DNA of 64,000 nucleotides from an uncultured Fibrobacteria bacterium. Lineage in GTDB: Bacteria > Fibrobacterota > Fibrobacteria > UBA11236. The notes under the pieces are model-generated. The model was not told the DNA's origin. It was given only the letters and a program-made list of their open reading frames with translations, and searched no databases. The stretch covers positions 1,504,001 to 1,568,000 of the forward strand of contig OY970309.1 in NCBI GenBank assembly GCA_963716395.1, written 5' to 3'. How positions within the stretch are numbered: the first letter of the stretch is position 1; the number at the start of each line of letters is the position of its first letter. The position numbers and the translations under genes were made by a program. Shown here one piece after another: positions 28,590-38,630 of this stretch.

Positions 28590-29894
28590 CTAGGGCGCGA
28601 GATCGTTGGCGGCGCAGTACACGTTTTCGAAGAGCTGCGGCAGCTTCGCCGTGGGGGTCGCCGAGAAAGCCAGGCGCAGCACGCCGTTGAAATTGATGGT
28701 GCCGGTCGAATATTCACGCAGCAGCCGCTGGCGCAACGCTTCGGCGTCGACGCGCAGCGGACGCACGCACAGGAAATACCCCGAGTTGAACGGCAGCGGA
28801 ACGAAGGCGTTACGGTATTCGGGGTGTTCCGCCAGGATTTTCTTGACCGTTTGGTAGCGCCCGCGCAGCAAATCGTGGGCGCGCCGTTTTTCTTCGGCGT
28901 AGCCCGGCGACGACCAGGCCTGAAGCAGCAGCGACTGCGACGGATGCGGACTGTTGGAGATGTTGCCGCGGATGGCGCCGCCGGTTTTGGCTTCCAGGGC
29001 TTGGTACAGGGCAGGCGTTCCGCCCTGGATTCCGTAGGTCAGAAAACCCACGCGCAAGCCCCAGGCGTAATCTTCTTTGGTGGCGCCGTCGACCTTGACC
29101 GCCAAAAGATTCGGATGCGCATCGCACAGGGGAACGAAAATCGATTCGCGAAACACGCCGGGTTCGAAGACCAAGCCGAAGTAGGCGTCATCGATCAAAG
29201 CCACCACCTTGTCTCCGGACTCCGCCGCTTCGCGCAGCACGGCGGCAATTGCGGCGGCTTCGTCTTGCAGCGGGGTGTACCCCGACGGATTGTTGGGAAA
29301 GTTCAGGCACACGATGCACTTGCCGCCGCGCGGGCCCTCCTGCAATTTGGCGCGCAGGCCGGCGAGGTTGAAACGGCCCTCGGCCGTGAAGGTGGGAAAA
29401 CCGTCGAGCGCGGCGCCGCCGGCCAGGGAAAAGATGAGGTCGTAGTTTTCCCAATACAAATCGGGAAGCACGATGCGATCCCCGGGATCACAAAACAAAT
29501 AAGCGGCCATCGACAGCCCGTGGGTCAAAGCCGCGCACACCACGGGCTGGCTGAAGGTTTTTCCCCGCAGCCCCGGATTTTTTTCCGTCTGCATTTTTTT
29601 CCACAAGGCGCGCAGATCCGGCAGCCCCGGGCTGGGGGCATAGGGAAAGGCCTGGGACTTGGGCAGGCAAATGGCATCGGCCAGGCTGGGCAGGCACAGC
29701 GGGCTGCCGTCTTCGTCGAGCGCGATGCCGATGGTGGCGTTGATGGCCTTGCCTTGGGCTTCGGCCGATTGGGCCAGCACGCCCAGTTTGGGAAAGAAAA
29801 TCTCGCGGCCCCGTCGCGACAGCATGTCGAGCACTTGCGGGTGGGTGGCCGCGATGGCGTCGTTGAGCTGTTGGGCCTGGGGATCGAGCGGCAT
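28590..29894 (-). CDS. Class I/II PLP-dependent aminotransferase
   Basis: INATIG, NFPNNPSGY, DDAYFGL, DGATKE..WGLRVGF; CAGGAG SD before ATG 29894. Confidence 0.9.
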   Translation of the reverse strand: MPLDPQAQQLNDAIAATHPQVLDMLSRRGREIFFPKLGVLAQSAEAQGKAINATIGIALDEDGSPLCLPSLADAICLPKSQAFPYAPSPGLPDLRALWKKMQTEKNPGLRGKTFSQPVVCAALTHGLSMAAYLFCDPGDRIVLPDLYWENYDLIFSLAGGAALDGFPTFTAEGRFNLAGLRAKLQEGPRGGKCIVCLNFPNNPSGYTPLQDEAAAIAAVLREAAESGDKVVALIDDAYFGLVFEPGVFRESIFVPLCDAHPNLLAVKVDGATKEDYAWGLRVGFLTYGIQGGTPALYQALEAKTGGAIRGNISNSPHPSQSLLLQAWSSPGYAEEKRRAHDLLRGRYQTVKKILAEHPEYRNAFVPLPFNSGYFLCVRPLRVDAEALRQRLLREYSTGTINFNGVLRLAFSATPTAKLPQLFENVYCAANDLAP

Positions 29895-29956
29895 GGGAAT
29901 CTCCTGCGCGGGAAAACGCGATCCCAATTTATTAACCGCCGAAGGCCGCGGGATTA

Positions 29957-30124
29957 GGGTCCGTGAAGAAATAACGGCGTTACCGCGAGGGCGAAGAGTC
30001 GCTTGCCAGGCAAGGCGCGAGGAGCGCGCCTACCGGGAGTATGTACGCGACGAGTCCGCCAGAGGCGGACAGCTTGGCGGGATGAATCTTCGGCCGAATG
30101 GAGCGGTTATTTCTTCACGGACCC
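29957..30124. mobile_element. Miniature inverted-repeat transposable element (168 bp)
   Basis: Perfect 19-bp TIRs GGGTCCGTGAAGAAATAAC/GTTATTTCTTCACGGACCC flanked by TTA direct repeat (29954-56, 30125-27); no transposase. Confidence 0.8.
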
Positions 30125-31561
30125 TTAACGGCGGCGCGATTTCCGCTTTTGCAGTAAGCGCGCGGCGGTTTGCAATTGGGCCGCCACCGACGCGCCGCCC
30201 GTACCTCCCGCGATGGCGCGCCGCTCCACCGAGGCTGCGAAGGTCAGGCATTTGCGCAGCGCGGCCGCGTTGGGAATAGCGCTCCAGGATTTGTCCGGAA
30301 GATCGAGAAAAGACACGCGAAGCTTTTCGGCGTCGGCCACCAACCGGCCGACGCGGTGATGCGCCTCGCGAAACGGCATTCCGCCTTCAACCAAAAGGTC
30401 GGCCAAATCAGTGGCCAGGAGGGCCGGCAGCATGCGCGCGGTGATGTTTCCCAATTGAAATCGCAAGGAACCCACGGCTTCGGCCATGACCTGCAAACAG
30501 AGGTCGGCCGTTTCCACGGCGTCGAACACCGGCTCTTTGTCTTCCTGCAAATCGCGATCGTAGGCGTGGGGCAAACCTTTGAGCACGGTGAACAAACGCG
30601 CGTAATCGCCGAGCAGGCGGCCGGCTTTGCCCCGCACCAATTCCATGGAATCGGGGTTGCGCTTTTGCGGCATCATGCTCGACCCCGATGTTAAGCCTTC
30701 GTCCAGTTTGAGAAACCCGAATTCCGACGTCGACCAGATCACGAAGTCTTCGGCGTAGCCGCTGAGCAAGACGCCCAGGCAGCCGAGCGCGCCCAGCAAT
30801 TCGAGCGCGAAGTCGCGATGCGCGGTGGCGTCGATGCTGTTGCGCGTGATGCCGGCAAAGCCGAGCCGCCGGGCCACGGCTTCGCGGGCATAGGGAAATG
30901 CCGATCCCGCCAGGGCGCCGGAACCGAGCGGCATTTCGCCGGCTGCGTCAAAGGCGTGTTGCAGCCGCGACTTGTCGCGCTCCAGGGCGAAGAAGAAAGA
31001 CAGCAGATAATGTGCGATGCAAATGGGCTGAGCCTGCTGCAAATGGGTGTAACCCGGCATCAGCTCTTTGCGATACTCCTGTGCGCGTCGCAGCAGGTTG
31101 GCCTGCAAGGTCGCGATGCGGGCCTGCAAACCTTCCACGGCCCTCCTCACATAGAGCCGAAAATCGGTGGCCACCTGATCGTTGCGGCTGCGGCCCGTAT
31201 GCAGTTTTTTTCCCAAGGCGCCGAGGCGTTCGGTGAGAATGCGTTCGACCGCCATGTGAATGTCTTCGTCGCCGGGCGCGAACAAATTTCCCCCGGCTGC
31301 GAGTTCGTCTCGGATTTTCGCCAGCCCCGCCACCAGCCGCGCGCGTTCTCGGGCCGTGATGACGCCGGCCGCCTGCAACCCGTGGGCATGCGCCATGCTG
31401 CCTTCGATGTCTTCGCGGAACAGTTTGCCGTCGACGTGCAGGCTGAAGGAAAGCCGCTGCATCGCCGGCGCCATGCCGCCGGAAAAACGGCCGGCCCACA
31501 GGGCTGCGGGTTGGGCCGGTTGGGGCGCCGCGGTGCGGGGTGGCTTTTTGACGCGTGCCAT
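30125..31561 (-). CDS. argH: Argininosuccinate lyase
   Basis: LWAGRF, EDIHM, LHTGRSRNDQV, MPGYTHLQ.AQP, SGSSMMPQKRNPD; start MARVKK at 31561. Confidence 0.96.
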   Translation of the reverse strand: MARVKKPPRTAAPQPAQPAALWAGRFSGGMAPAMQRLSFSLHVDGKLFREDIEGSMAHAHGLQAAGVITARERARLVAGLAKIRDELAAGGNLFAPGDEDIHMAVERILTERLGALGKKLHTGRSRNDQVATDFRLYVRRAVEGLQARIATLQANLLRRAQEYRKELMPGYTHLQQAQPICIAHYLLSFFFALERDKSRLQHAFDAAGEMPLGSGALAGSAFPYAREAVARRLGFAGITRNSIDATAHRDFALELLGALGCLGVLLSGYAEDFVIWSTSEFGFLKLDEGLTSGSSMMPQKRNPDSMELVRGKAGRLLGDYARLFTVLKGLPHAYDRDLQEDKEPVFDAVETADLCLQVMAEAVGSLRFQLGNITARMLPALLATDLADLLVEGGMPFREAHHRVGRLVADAEKLRVSFLDLPDKSWSAIPNAAALRKCLTFAASVERRAIAGGTGGASVAAQLQTAARLLQKRKSRRR

Positions 31562-31684
31562 AAAAACTGCCCGCAACAGCCGGGCCTGCGCAAAGATAGG
31601 CAAGGCAACCCGGCGACAAGGCCATGAAAGCGACCGGCGTTTACTTTTGTGGGCGCGGATTATCCCGCGACTTCGGAGGTTCGG

Positions 31685-31963
31685 ATGGCCGTGAAATACG
31701 TGCTTTTGTATGCCACTTCGTCCGACCCGGAGGCGCTCGCCTTGGCGGCGATGCACTTCCCGGCCCACCGCGCCCGGCTTAATGCCTTTCACGAGCGCGG
31801 TTTGCTGCTCATGGTGGGTCCGTTCTCCCAATTTGAAGAAGGCGCCATGGGGATTTTCACCTCGCGCGAAGCCGTGGAAGAATTCGTACGCGAAGATCCC
31901 TTCGTTTTGAACGGCGTGGTGAAGTCGTGGTCGGTGCGCGAGTGGCGCGAGATTTTTGTTTGA
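31685..31963 (+). CDS. YciI-family protein
   Basis: HFPAHRARL, LLMVGPF, FVREDPFVLNGVV; GGAGGT SD. Confidence 0.85.
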   Translation: MAVKYVLLYATSSDPEALALAAMHFPAHRARLNAFHERGLLLMVGPFSQFEEGAMGIFTSREAVEEFVREDPFVLNGVVKSWSVREWREIFV

Positions 31964-31972
31964 TGTGGCGAG

Positions 31973-32002
31973 GCCGGCCCTTCGACAGGTTCAGGGACCG
32001 GC
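31973..32002. repeat. REP-like hairpin (CCCTTCGACAGGTTCAGGG type) between convergent genes
   Basis: GCCGG-CCCT-TCGACAGGTTC-AGGG-A-CCGGC; related motif at 58048-58116. Confidence 0.55.
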
Positions 32003-32016
32003 GCGTGAACTCATGG

Positions 32017-32805
32017 TCACGACGATGCCGAAGCATAGGCGCGCACTCCGCGATTCCAGACCCAGAGCGTGATACAGGCGAAAGTCGCGAGTACGCCCAG
32101 CAATTGACCCAGCACCCAGATGTCAAAGGGTTCGAGCAATAGCCGTGTGGGAAACGAAGCCATGAGGCCGAAGGGCAGCGCCACCGTCAAAAGCAGCCGC
32201 GCCCAGCCGCGGTAAATGCGATCGGGCCTTTCCATGAACCGGGTCAGGTTGTAAAACAGGCCGTGCAAAGCCTGGCCCGAATGCGTCCAGAAAGCCGGAA
32301 GAATGGTGAGAAGATGCACGCAATAGTAGAGGAGGCTGCCGGCCAACAGCAGCGCCGCAAAGGCCAACAACCTTCCCGGTCCCAGCGGTGCGGGATAGGT
32401 GGCCAGGGCCCAGGTCGCGATGCCGGCCGCGCAGGCGAGATTCAAAAATGAATTGAAGGCGAAGCTGCGCAGGCTGACGAAGAACAGCGACGATACCGGT
32501 CGCACCAGGTAATAGTCGAGGTCGCCCTGGTTGATCAAATTCGGGATGAGCCACAAGTTGTCAGAAAACACCGTCATATGCACGGCATCGATCACGATGT
32601 AGGCGGCCACGAATACGCGCATCTGATGCAGGTTCCAGCCGGCCAGCAGCGGGATTTGCAAAAACAGAATATGGAAAAAGGCGAGGGCCACGGCGTAATA
32701 GGCCAGGTCCATGAAGACCCGGAAAAAAAAGTCGAGGCGGAACTCCAGCGAACGGCTGGCGGAGAAGCGCACGAAGCAGGCGTAGAGGCGCAGATAGCGG
32801 CGCAT
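32017..32805 (-). CDS. ABC-2 type transporter permease (DUF990-like)
   Basis: INQGDLDYYLVRPVS, RPDRIY motifs; about 6 TM. Confidence 0.88.
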   Translation of the reverse strand: MRRYLRLYACFVRFSASRSLEFRLDFFFRVFMDLAYYAVALAFFHILFLQIPLLAGWNLHQMRVFVAAYIVIDAVHMTVFSDNLWLIPNLINQGDLDYYLVRPVSSLFFVSLRSFAFNSFLNLACAAGIATWALATYPAPLGPGRLLAFAALLLAGSLLYYCVHLLTILPAFWTHSGQALHGLFYNLTRFMERPDRIYRGWARLLLTVALPFGLMASFPTRLLLEPFDIWVLGQLLGVLATFACITLWVWNRGVRAYASASS

Positions 32806-32806
32806 A

Positions 32807-33616
32807 TCAAATTCCAACGCCAGCGAATTCGCGCGCGCCGCGCCGCCAAATCCAACGGGCCAGGGCCGTTAGCGCCAAGGTCCAGCAGGTCATGACGCCG
32901 AACCCCACGGTGGCGTCGCGGGCCGAAGGCGTTTGCATGAGGCAACGCAGGGGAAACGACACCAGGTAAGGGAACGGCGTGTAGGTCAGTAACTTTCGGG
33001 TGACGGCGGGGAAAAATGCCAGCGGCAGCAGGCCGCCGCCCAAAAAATTCAGCACCATGCGGTTGAGGATCATCAGGCTCCAGACATTGTCGGCCCAGAA
33101 CGCCACCATTTCCAGGCAGGCGGCCAGCGCGAAGTACAGCGCGCTGCCGCATAGCGCGGCGGCGACGGCGAGCGCGCAGCCCAGGGCCGAGAAGTGAAAA
33201 GCCGGCGGGGCGCCCAGCGCCAGGAGAAACAGGGCCGCCACCACCGCCATTTGCCCGGCATAGACCGCGGTTTGGGCCAGCGAGGCCACATACTTGAAGC
33301 GAAAGAACCCGATCGGGTACAGCAGAAAACGGGTCAAGGTGCCGTTGTAAATCTCGTCGGAGATATGGCGCATCTCCGCGCCCATCACCACCCGTTCCAC
33401 CAGCGGAATCAAGAGGTAATACAGCGCCAGATCGCGCAGGGTGAAGCCGCCCAGGGTGTGCCGGCCGGTGTCGGCGAAAATCGCCGCCCACAGCAAAAAG
33501 GCCACGGCGAATTGCGACAGCGCCGTTCCCAGAAACCCGATCCAGAATTCGGCGCGGTAGGCGAAAACGCGTTTGCATTCGAGCGCGAACAGGCGCCAGG
33601 CCAAAACCGGCGTCAT
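32807..33616 (-). CDS. ABC-2 type transporter permease
   Basis: Start MTPVLAW (ATGA overlap); FAYRAEFW, ISDEIYNGTL..FLLYP, GGLLPLAFFP. Confidence 0.88.
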   Translation of the reverse strand: MTPVLAWRLFALECKRVFAYRAEFWIGFLGTALSQFAVAFLLWAAIFADTGRHTLGGFTLRDLALYYLLIPLVERVVMGAEMRHISDEIYNGTLTRFLLYPIGFFRFKYVASLAQTAVYAGQMAVVAALFLLALGAPPAFHFSALGCALAVAAALCGSALYFALAACLEMVAFWADNVWSLMILNRMVLNFLGGGLLPLAFFPAVTRKLLTYTPFPYLVSFPLRCLMQTPSARDATVGFGVMTCWTLALTALARWIWRRGAREFAGVGI

Positions 33617-34593
33617 GGCCGCTTGCGGATCAGGGCTTCGATGATGGAGCCGATGTCTTCTTCTTCGACGTTGAGATCGGCCACGGGCCGGGTCTGCAAC
33701 AGCCAGGCCGAGGCGGCGGCGGTTTGGGCGCGCAATACCTTGGCCTGCAGCATTCCCGGCGCGCGCGCCGTCGTTTCCCCCAGATCCGCCGGCAGGGGCG
33801 GCGGCGTTTCGCCCGCGGCGGCGTCCCAGCGCACCGTGATGCGTTTGTGCGTAGCGTAACGATCCAAAACCTGACGCAGCCCGCCGTCGTACACGATTTC
33901 GCCGGCGCGCACAATGGCGATGCGCTCGCACAGCCTTTCGATGTCCTCCATATAATGCGAGGTCAGGATCATGGCCGGTTGGCGCCGCGCCCGGTAATTG
34001 AGCAGAAAGTCGCGGATGGCCCGCTGCGCCGTGAGATCGAGCCCGATGGTTGGCTCGTCGAGAAACACCACCCGGGGCCGGTGCAACAGGGCCGCGATGA
34101 GTTCCATCTTCATGCGTTCGCCCAGGCTCAGCCGCCGGATTTGGGTGGTGAGACGATCGTGGATTTGCAGCGCCGCCGCCAGCTCTTCCAGCGATTCGCG
34201 GTATTCGCGTTCGGGCAGACGGTAGATCTCGCGCAGGAGCAGAAAGCCGTCGGCAGCCGGCAAATCCCACCACAACTGGGCTTTTTGGCCCATGAGCAGC
34301 GCGATTTGCCGGCGGAATGCGTAGCGCCGTTCCCAGGGCGTGAAACCCAGGACCTGCGCCGACCCCGAAGTGGGATGCAAGATGCCGGCCAGGCATTTGA
34401 CCAAGGTGGTTTTGCCCGCGCCGTTGGCGCCTACGATGCCGAGGATTTCCCCCGCGTCAACGCGCAGTGAAACCGATTTCAGGGCCGGCACTTCATTCCA
34501 TTGCCGGTGAAACAGTCCACGCACCGAAGGCCAAAACCCCGGCTCTTTGCGGTGCACGCGAAAGGTTTTACAGAGATCGCGGACTTCGATCAT
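33613..34593 (-). CDS. ABC transporter ATP-binding protein
   Basis: GANGAGKTT, LSLGERMK, FLDEPTIGLD, LTSHYMED. Confidence 0.93.
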   Translation of the reverse strand: MIEVRDLCKTFRVHRKEPGFWPSVRGLFHRQWNEVPALKSVSLRVDAGEILGIVGANGAGKTTLVKCLAGILHPTSGSAQVLGFTPWERRYAFRRQIALLMGQKAQLWWDLPAADGFLLLREIYRLPEREYRESLEELAAALQIHDRLTTQIRRLSLGERMKMELIAALLHRPRVVFLDEPTIGLDLTAQRAIRDFLLNYRARRQPAMILTSHYMEDIERLCERIAIVRAGEIVYDGGLRQVLDRYATHKRITVRWDAAAGETPPPLPADLGETTARAPGMLQAKVLRAQTAAASAWLLQTRPVADLNVEEEDIGSIIEALIRKRP

Positions 34594-34654
34594 CGGCACA
34601 ATGAAACAATTTCGCGGGCCGGCTGCGCCCCGTTCCTGCAATTTTTGCCGAAAG

Positions 34655-35338
34655 TCAAGCTGCCCGTTTGCGGAGCGGCCGGGGAACGGACTTCTTTTTT
34701 GCCATCGGGGACATCACCCTGCGCACCACAAAACGAATGGCGCGTTGGACAAATTCCGGTTTTCGCATGTTGGGAAGATTGTCGCCCAGCCGTCCGCTGA
34801 ACTTGAGCATGACCAATCCGTAGGCCAGAGACCACAGCGCCGTCGCTGCCTCTTCGGCATTGCGGCGCGGGAGCAGCCCCTCCTGCACGCAGCGGTCAAC
34901 TGCCTTCCACAGCATGCCGAACGAGGCGCGGTTGGCGCGCTGGTAATCCGGATCTTTCAGGTTGAGCAAATCGGTGCGGTACATCATTTCGAAATGATGG
35001 GGATGGGTGAACGCGAATTCGACGTAGGCCGAGCCCATGGTTTCGAGCACTTCGATGCCGGTGCGCGGCGGCCGCCGAAGCCTGGCTTGTTCCACGGTGG
35101 CGGCCAGGCGCTCGAAACCTTCGATGGCGAAAGCGGTGAGCAGGCCGGCTTTGTTGCGAAAGTGGTGGGCGGGCGCGCTGTGCGAAACGCGCGCACGGCG
35201 GGCCGCGTAGCGCAGCGACAGGGCTTGCTGCCCGTCGGTGCGCAAAATTTCGCCGACGGCGTCGAGCAGGGCTTGGCGCAAAGCGCCGTGATGGTAACGC
35301 CCTTTTTTCGGAGGCGGTTCGGAATAGCGTTTCGGCAC
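34655..35338 (-). CDS. TetR/AcrR-family regulator (WHG-like)
   Basis: YHHGALRQALL, LSLR..ARRARVSHSAPAHHFRNKAGLL; GTG start inferred. Confidence 0.88.
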   Translation of the reverse strand: MPKRYSEPPPKKGRYHHGALRQALLDAVGEILRTDGQQALSLRYAARRARVSHSAPAHHFRNKAGLLTAFAIEGFERLAATVEQARLRRPPRTGIEVLETMGSAYVEFAFTHPHHFEMMYRTDLLNLKDPDYQRANRASFGMLWKAVDRCVQEGLLPRRNAEEAATALWSLAYGLVMLKFSGRLGDNLPNMRKPEFVQRAIRFVVRRVMSPMAKKKSVPRPLRKRAA

Positions 35339-35394
35339 GGGGCGAAGGTAGAAAAGGGTATTGCGCTTCGCCCGGAAAATTTGCCCGTGCGGCA

Positions 35395-36333
35395 TTATTT
35401 CGCCACGGGTGTGACGCCCGGTAATTTGCGGCCGTTCAGGCGATAGCCGCGCACCGCTTCTTCCCAGCCGGACGCGTCCGCCGCCGAACGTTTCCGTAGC
35501 GCCGGCGTTACCAGCGCCGCCGGCCCCGACACCGTCAAAGTGTCGACCAGTTGGGGCGGGCGATACGCCACCGGACAATAGGGCGGCGTATATTCGCAAT
35601 CCAGATGCTGCGAAGAGAACACCGGATATTTTCCTGCCGGCAGCGCGGGTGCGGCGTAGGACGGACCGAAGGGATGGAGATCGACCAGGCAAAGCCGGGC
35701 GGAATCGTTTTCGACCACGAACGAAGCAATCAGCGAATCATGCTGCTGGACGAGGGAGGTATGGGAAAACCAGGTGGGGCAATTTCCGTAATAGTTGTTG
35801 AGCAATTGCAAGGTGAAGGTGTCTTGGGCCACGACGCGGGTGGGGCGCAGAAACCATGAATCGGGCCCGGCGCTGTCGCCGACGGTCAAGGTGCCCGCCA
35901 GCACCGGAGCCGGAATGGCGATGGCGGTCAAACAGCGCGGCTCCGAGAAATAGCAGGCGGGATATTCCGAAGCGTAGACGGAATAGCGGCCTTTATCCAA
36001 AGCCGGCAAAGCGAACACCGGTCCGAACAAGGTGTCGGACCGGGAGCAGTGCGCCGTGGTGTCGTTTTGCGTTGTGAAACCAAGATTAATGGTGGAAGAG
36101 GAGATTGATACGGTGTCGTGGGAAAAGGCGTCGGCGCAGGTGAACTGGGAATCCTTCAAGGCCAGGTCGAACGGGAATCCCGCGCCGACCGAATCGGGCG
36201 CCAGCACATAGGGGTCGGCTGGGGCCGGTTGCGCCCCCAACCCCGAAATCGCCCAACCGACCGCTGCAACGGCGAGGCCGAAGCTCCGGGCGGCGGGTGG
36301 TCGAAGATTCCCATGTAGTCGCGGCAAAGTCAT
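35395..36333 (-). CDS. Secreted protein with two tandem Cys-containing ~100-aa domains
   Basis: Signal-like N-terminus, internal duplication, short C-terminal GYRLNGRKL tail. Confidence 0.7.
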   Translation of the reverse strand: MTLPRLHGNLRPPAARSFGLAVAAVGWAISGLGAQPAPADPYVLAPDSVGAGFPFDLALKDSQFTCADAFSHDTVSISSSTINLGFTTQNDTTAHCSRSDTLFGPVFALPALDKGRYSVYASEYPACYFSEPRCLTAIAIPAPVLAGTLTVGDSAGPDSWFLRPTRVVAQDTFTLQLLNNYYGNCPTWFSHTSLVQQHDSLIASFVVENDSARLCLVDLHPFGPSYAAPALPAGKYPVFSSQHLDCEYTPPYCPVAYRPPQLVDTLTVSGPAALVTPALRKRSAADASGWEEAVRGYRLNGRKLPGVTPVAK

Positions 36334-36500
36334 CGGCACCGGTCGGAAACAGGTACGCTTTAGTGATAATCTACTTCCGGGTCCTGCGCCGTTGATTTGA
36401 ACGGAAATTTTTGCAATTCCGGCCCGTTTCCGGAAAGTTTCACAAATGTTGCCGAAAACGACGGAAAGCAAAAAAATGGCACGCAGCGGAAACCGGGGCG

Positions 36501-37022
36501 TTACTCCCGTCGGCGTACCGCCTCTTCGACGCGCTGCAGCCAAGCGGCGAAAACCGGCAGCCGCAACCCCGAAGCAACGCTCAGGAGCAATCCGGCCCAG
36601 AAGGTGAGGGCCACTCCGGGCCCGGCGTGCATAAAGGGATAACCGGCGATTTCGCCTCCCGCCCAGTTCGCGCCGGCCAGGGCGGCAACTCCCGTCAGCA
36701 AACCCGGCCAGGGCGTCAAAACCGGCCACACGGCGGCGGCCAAGGCCACGCCTTCGGCCAGACCCAGCCAGCCGACGCGGCCGGCCCAGGCTTCGTCGCG
36801 CTGCACCCGTCCCTTGCGAGTTACCCAGGCGAGGATCTGCCCCGGGCCCCGCAGTTGTTCGCGCAAGTGCAGGGCGTCGGCGGAAATTCCCGCGCCTTGC
36901 GCCCAGGGCCGGAAGAAGGCGAAGAGCAAGAGAACCGCGGCCACAAGCTGAACTCCGCGCACCGCTTTGCGAATCCGGGATGCCGCTTCCGGTGGGGTGG
37001 CGTGTTCGTATTCGGAGTTCAT
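36501..37022 (-). CDS. Hypothetical membrane protein
   Basis: Start MNSEYEH; 3-4 hydrophobic helices; divergent from HNH gene. Confidence 0.55.
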   Translation of the reverse strand: MNSEYEHATPPEAASRIRKAVRGVQLVAAVLLLFAFFRPWAQGAGISADALHLREQLRGPGQILAWVTRKGRVQRDEAWAGRVGWLGLAEGVALAAAVWPVLTPWPGLLTGVAALAGANWAGGEIAGYPFMHAGPGVALTFWAGLLLSVASGLRLPVFAAWLQRVEEAVRRRE

Positions 37023-37103
37023 GGCGCTTTTCCTGGTCCGCAATCCGCGGGCAGGTTTGCTAATATAAAAGCGGCTATTCTGTCGCAGCGGAGGGGGTTT
37101 CGC

Positions 37104-37682
37104 ATGTTGGATGCGCTGGCCTTGAACGTGGCGGGCATCCCGATGGACATCATCTCCTGGAAAAAGGCCGTCACCTTGTGGGCCTTGGGGCGGGCCGAGA
37201 TTCTCTCGGCTTATGAGAATCAATTCATCCACTCCCCGCGATTTTCCCTGCGCGCCCCGAGCGTGGTGCAATGCCTCGACATCAAAAGCATGCCGCGCAA
37301 TTTCACCCATGTGCTGCCGTTCACGCGCCGCAACCTCTACAGTCGCGATGGAGGCCGCTGCGTCTATTGCGCCCAAAAGGTTTCTTTTTCCAACTTCACC
37401 ATCGATCACGTGATCCCGCGCTGCCTGGGTGGCCACACCTCGTGGGAAAACGTCGTGGTGGCGTGTATGGGCTGCAATAACCGCAAAGGGAACCGGCGTC
37501 CGCGGCCCGGTGATTTGAAAATGCTGCACCAGCCGTTCGCCCCGCGTCTCACGCATGCGGCCCCGCGTAATCTCGTGGAAAAGCTCAGCTTTCGCGCCCC
37601 CCCCGTGGCCTGGAGCGCCTATATCTATTGGCGCATCGTCAGCGTTTCGGCCGCCACCGCCGTCGAAGCCGCTATCGCCTAA
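37104..37682 (+). CDS. HNH endonuclease (McrA-like)
   Basis: GGAGG SD; LALN..P..IISWKKAV, RDGGRCVYC, TIDHVIPR..GG.TSWENVVVACMGCNNRKG. Confidence 0.9.
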   Translation: MLDALALNVAGIPMDIISWKKAVTLWALGRAEILSAYENQFIHSPRFSLRAPSVVQCLDIKSMPRNFTHVLPFTRRNLYSRDGGRCVYCAQKVSFSNFTIDHVIPRCLGGHTSWENVVVACMGCNNRKGNRRPRPGDLKMLHQPFAPRLTHAAPRNLVEKLSFRAPPVAWSAYIYWRIVSVSAATAVEAAIA

Positions 37683-37774
37683 TTCGCACCTCGGGGGCTC
37701 CCCGCATTGGCAGGGGGGGGACCGGAGGTTATTTTCCGGCGGCGCCCATTCCGGAGCGCCGACTCCTTCAACCT

Positions 37775-38611
37775 ATGCAGTGGTTCCGCAAAGCCAAATC
37801 GGGCATTGGCACCTTGATCAAAAAGGATACGCCTGTCGATTTGTGGGTCAAATGCGAAGGCTGCAAAGAAGTGCTTTACCGCAAGGAATTGGCCCAGAAC
37901 CTGCATGTTTGCGAGCATTGCAATTACCACTTCCGCATCGGCGCCGGCGAATACGTCAAAATTCTGATGGATGAAGGCACCTGGCAGCCCATGGATGCCG
38001 GTCTGCGATCCATCGATCCCTTGAAATTCACCGCCAAGAAAAAGTACCGCGACAATCTGGCCGACGCCGAAAAGAACACCGGCGTGACTTCGGGCGTGGT
38101 GTCGGGCACCGGGGACATCCAGGGCCGCAAAGTGGCCATGGCCGTGATGGATTTCCGCTTCATCGGCGGCTCGATGGGTTCGGTCGAAGGCGAGAAAATC
38201 GCGCGCGTGTTCCGCAAAGCCGTGGAATTGGGCGCTCCCGCCGTGGTGGTTTCGGCCTCGGGCGGCGCGCGCATGCAAGAAGGGGCGCTTTCGCTGATGC
38301 AAATGGCCAGCACGGCGTCGGCTATCTCCCGATTGCAAGCGGCCTGTCTGCCCTATCTCTCGGTGCTCACCAATCCCACCATGGGCGGGGTCACCGCCAG
38401 CTTCGCCATGCTGGGCGACGTGAACATCGCCGAGCCCGGGGCCCTGATCGGCTTCGCCGGCGAGCGCGTTATTCGTGAAACCATACGCCAGGCTTTGCCG
38501 CCGGGTTTCCAGCGCGCCGAATTTCTGCTCGAAAAGGGCTTCGTCGACCGCATCGTATCCCGACCCGAGCTCAAAGACGTAATCGCACAATTGCTGACCC
38601 ATTTCGGCTGA
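37775..38611 (+). CDS. accD: Acetyl-CoA carboxylase carboxyltransferase beta subunit
   Basis: LWVKCEGC..VCEHCNYHFR zinc finger, GGSMGSV.GEK, SGGARMQEG, FQRAEFLLEKG. Confidence 0.96.
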   Translation: MQWFRKAKSGIGTLIKKDTPVDLWVKCEGCKEVLYRKELAQNLHVCEHCNYHFRIGAGEYVKILMDEGTWQPMDAGLRSIDPLKFTAKKKYRDNLADAEKNTGVTSGVVSGTGDIQGRKVAMAVMDFRFIGGSMGSVEGEKIARVFRKAVELGAPAVVVSASGGARMQEGALSLMQMASTASAISRLQAACLPYLSVLTNPTMGGVTASFAMLGDVNIAEPGALIGFAGERVIRETIRQALPPGFQRAEFLLEKGFVDRIVSRPELKDVIAQLLTHFG

Positions 38612-38630
38612 GTCTCGCCGCAGAACCGCC

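Noticed and set aside
36411-37682. 423-aa ORF implying a large HNH fusion or Cas9/IscB-like nuclease
   Set aside because: Strong SD and ATG at 37104 define a common ~190-aa stand-alone HNH protein; no RuvC motifs or associated array
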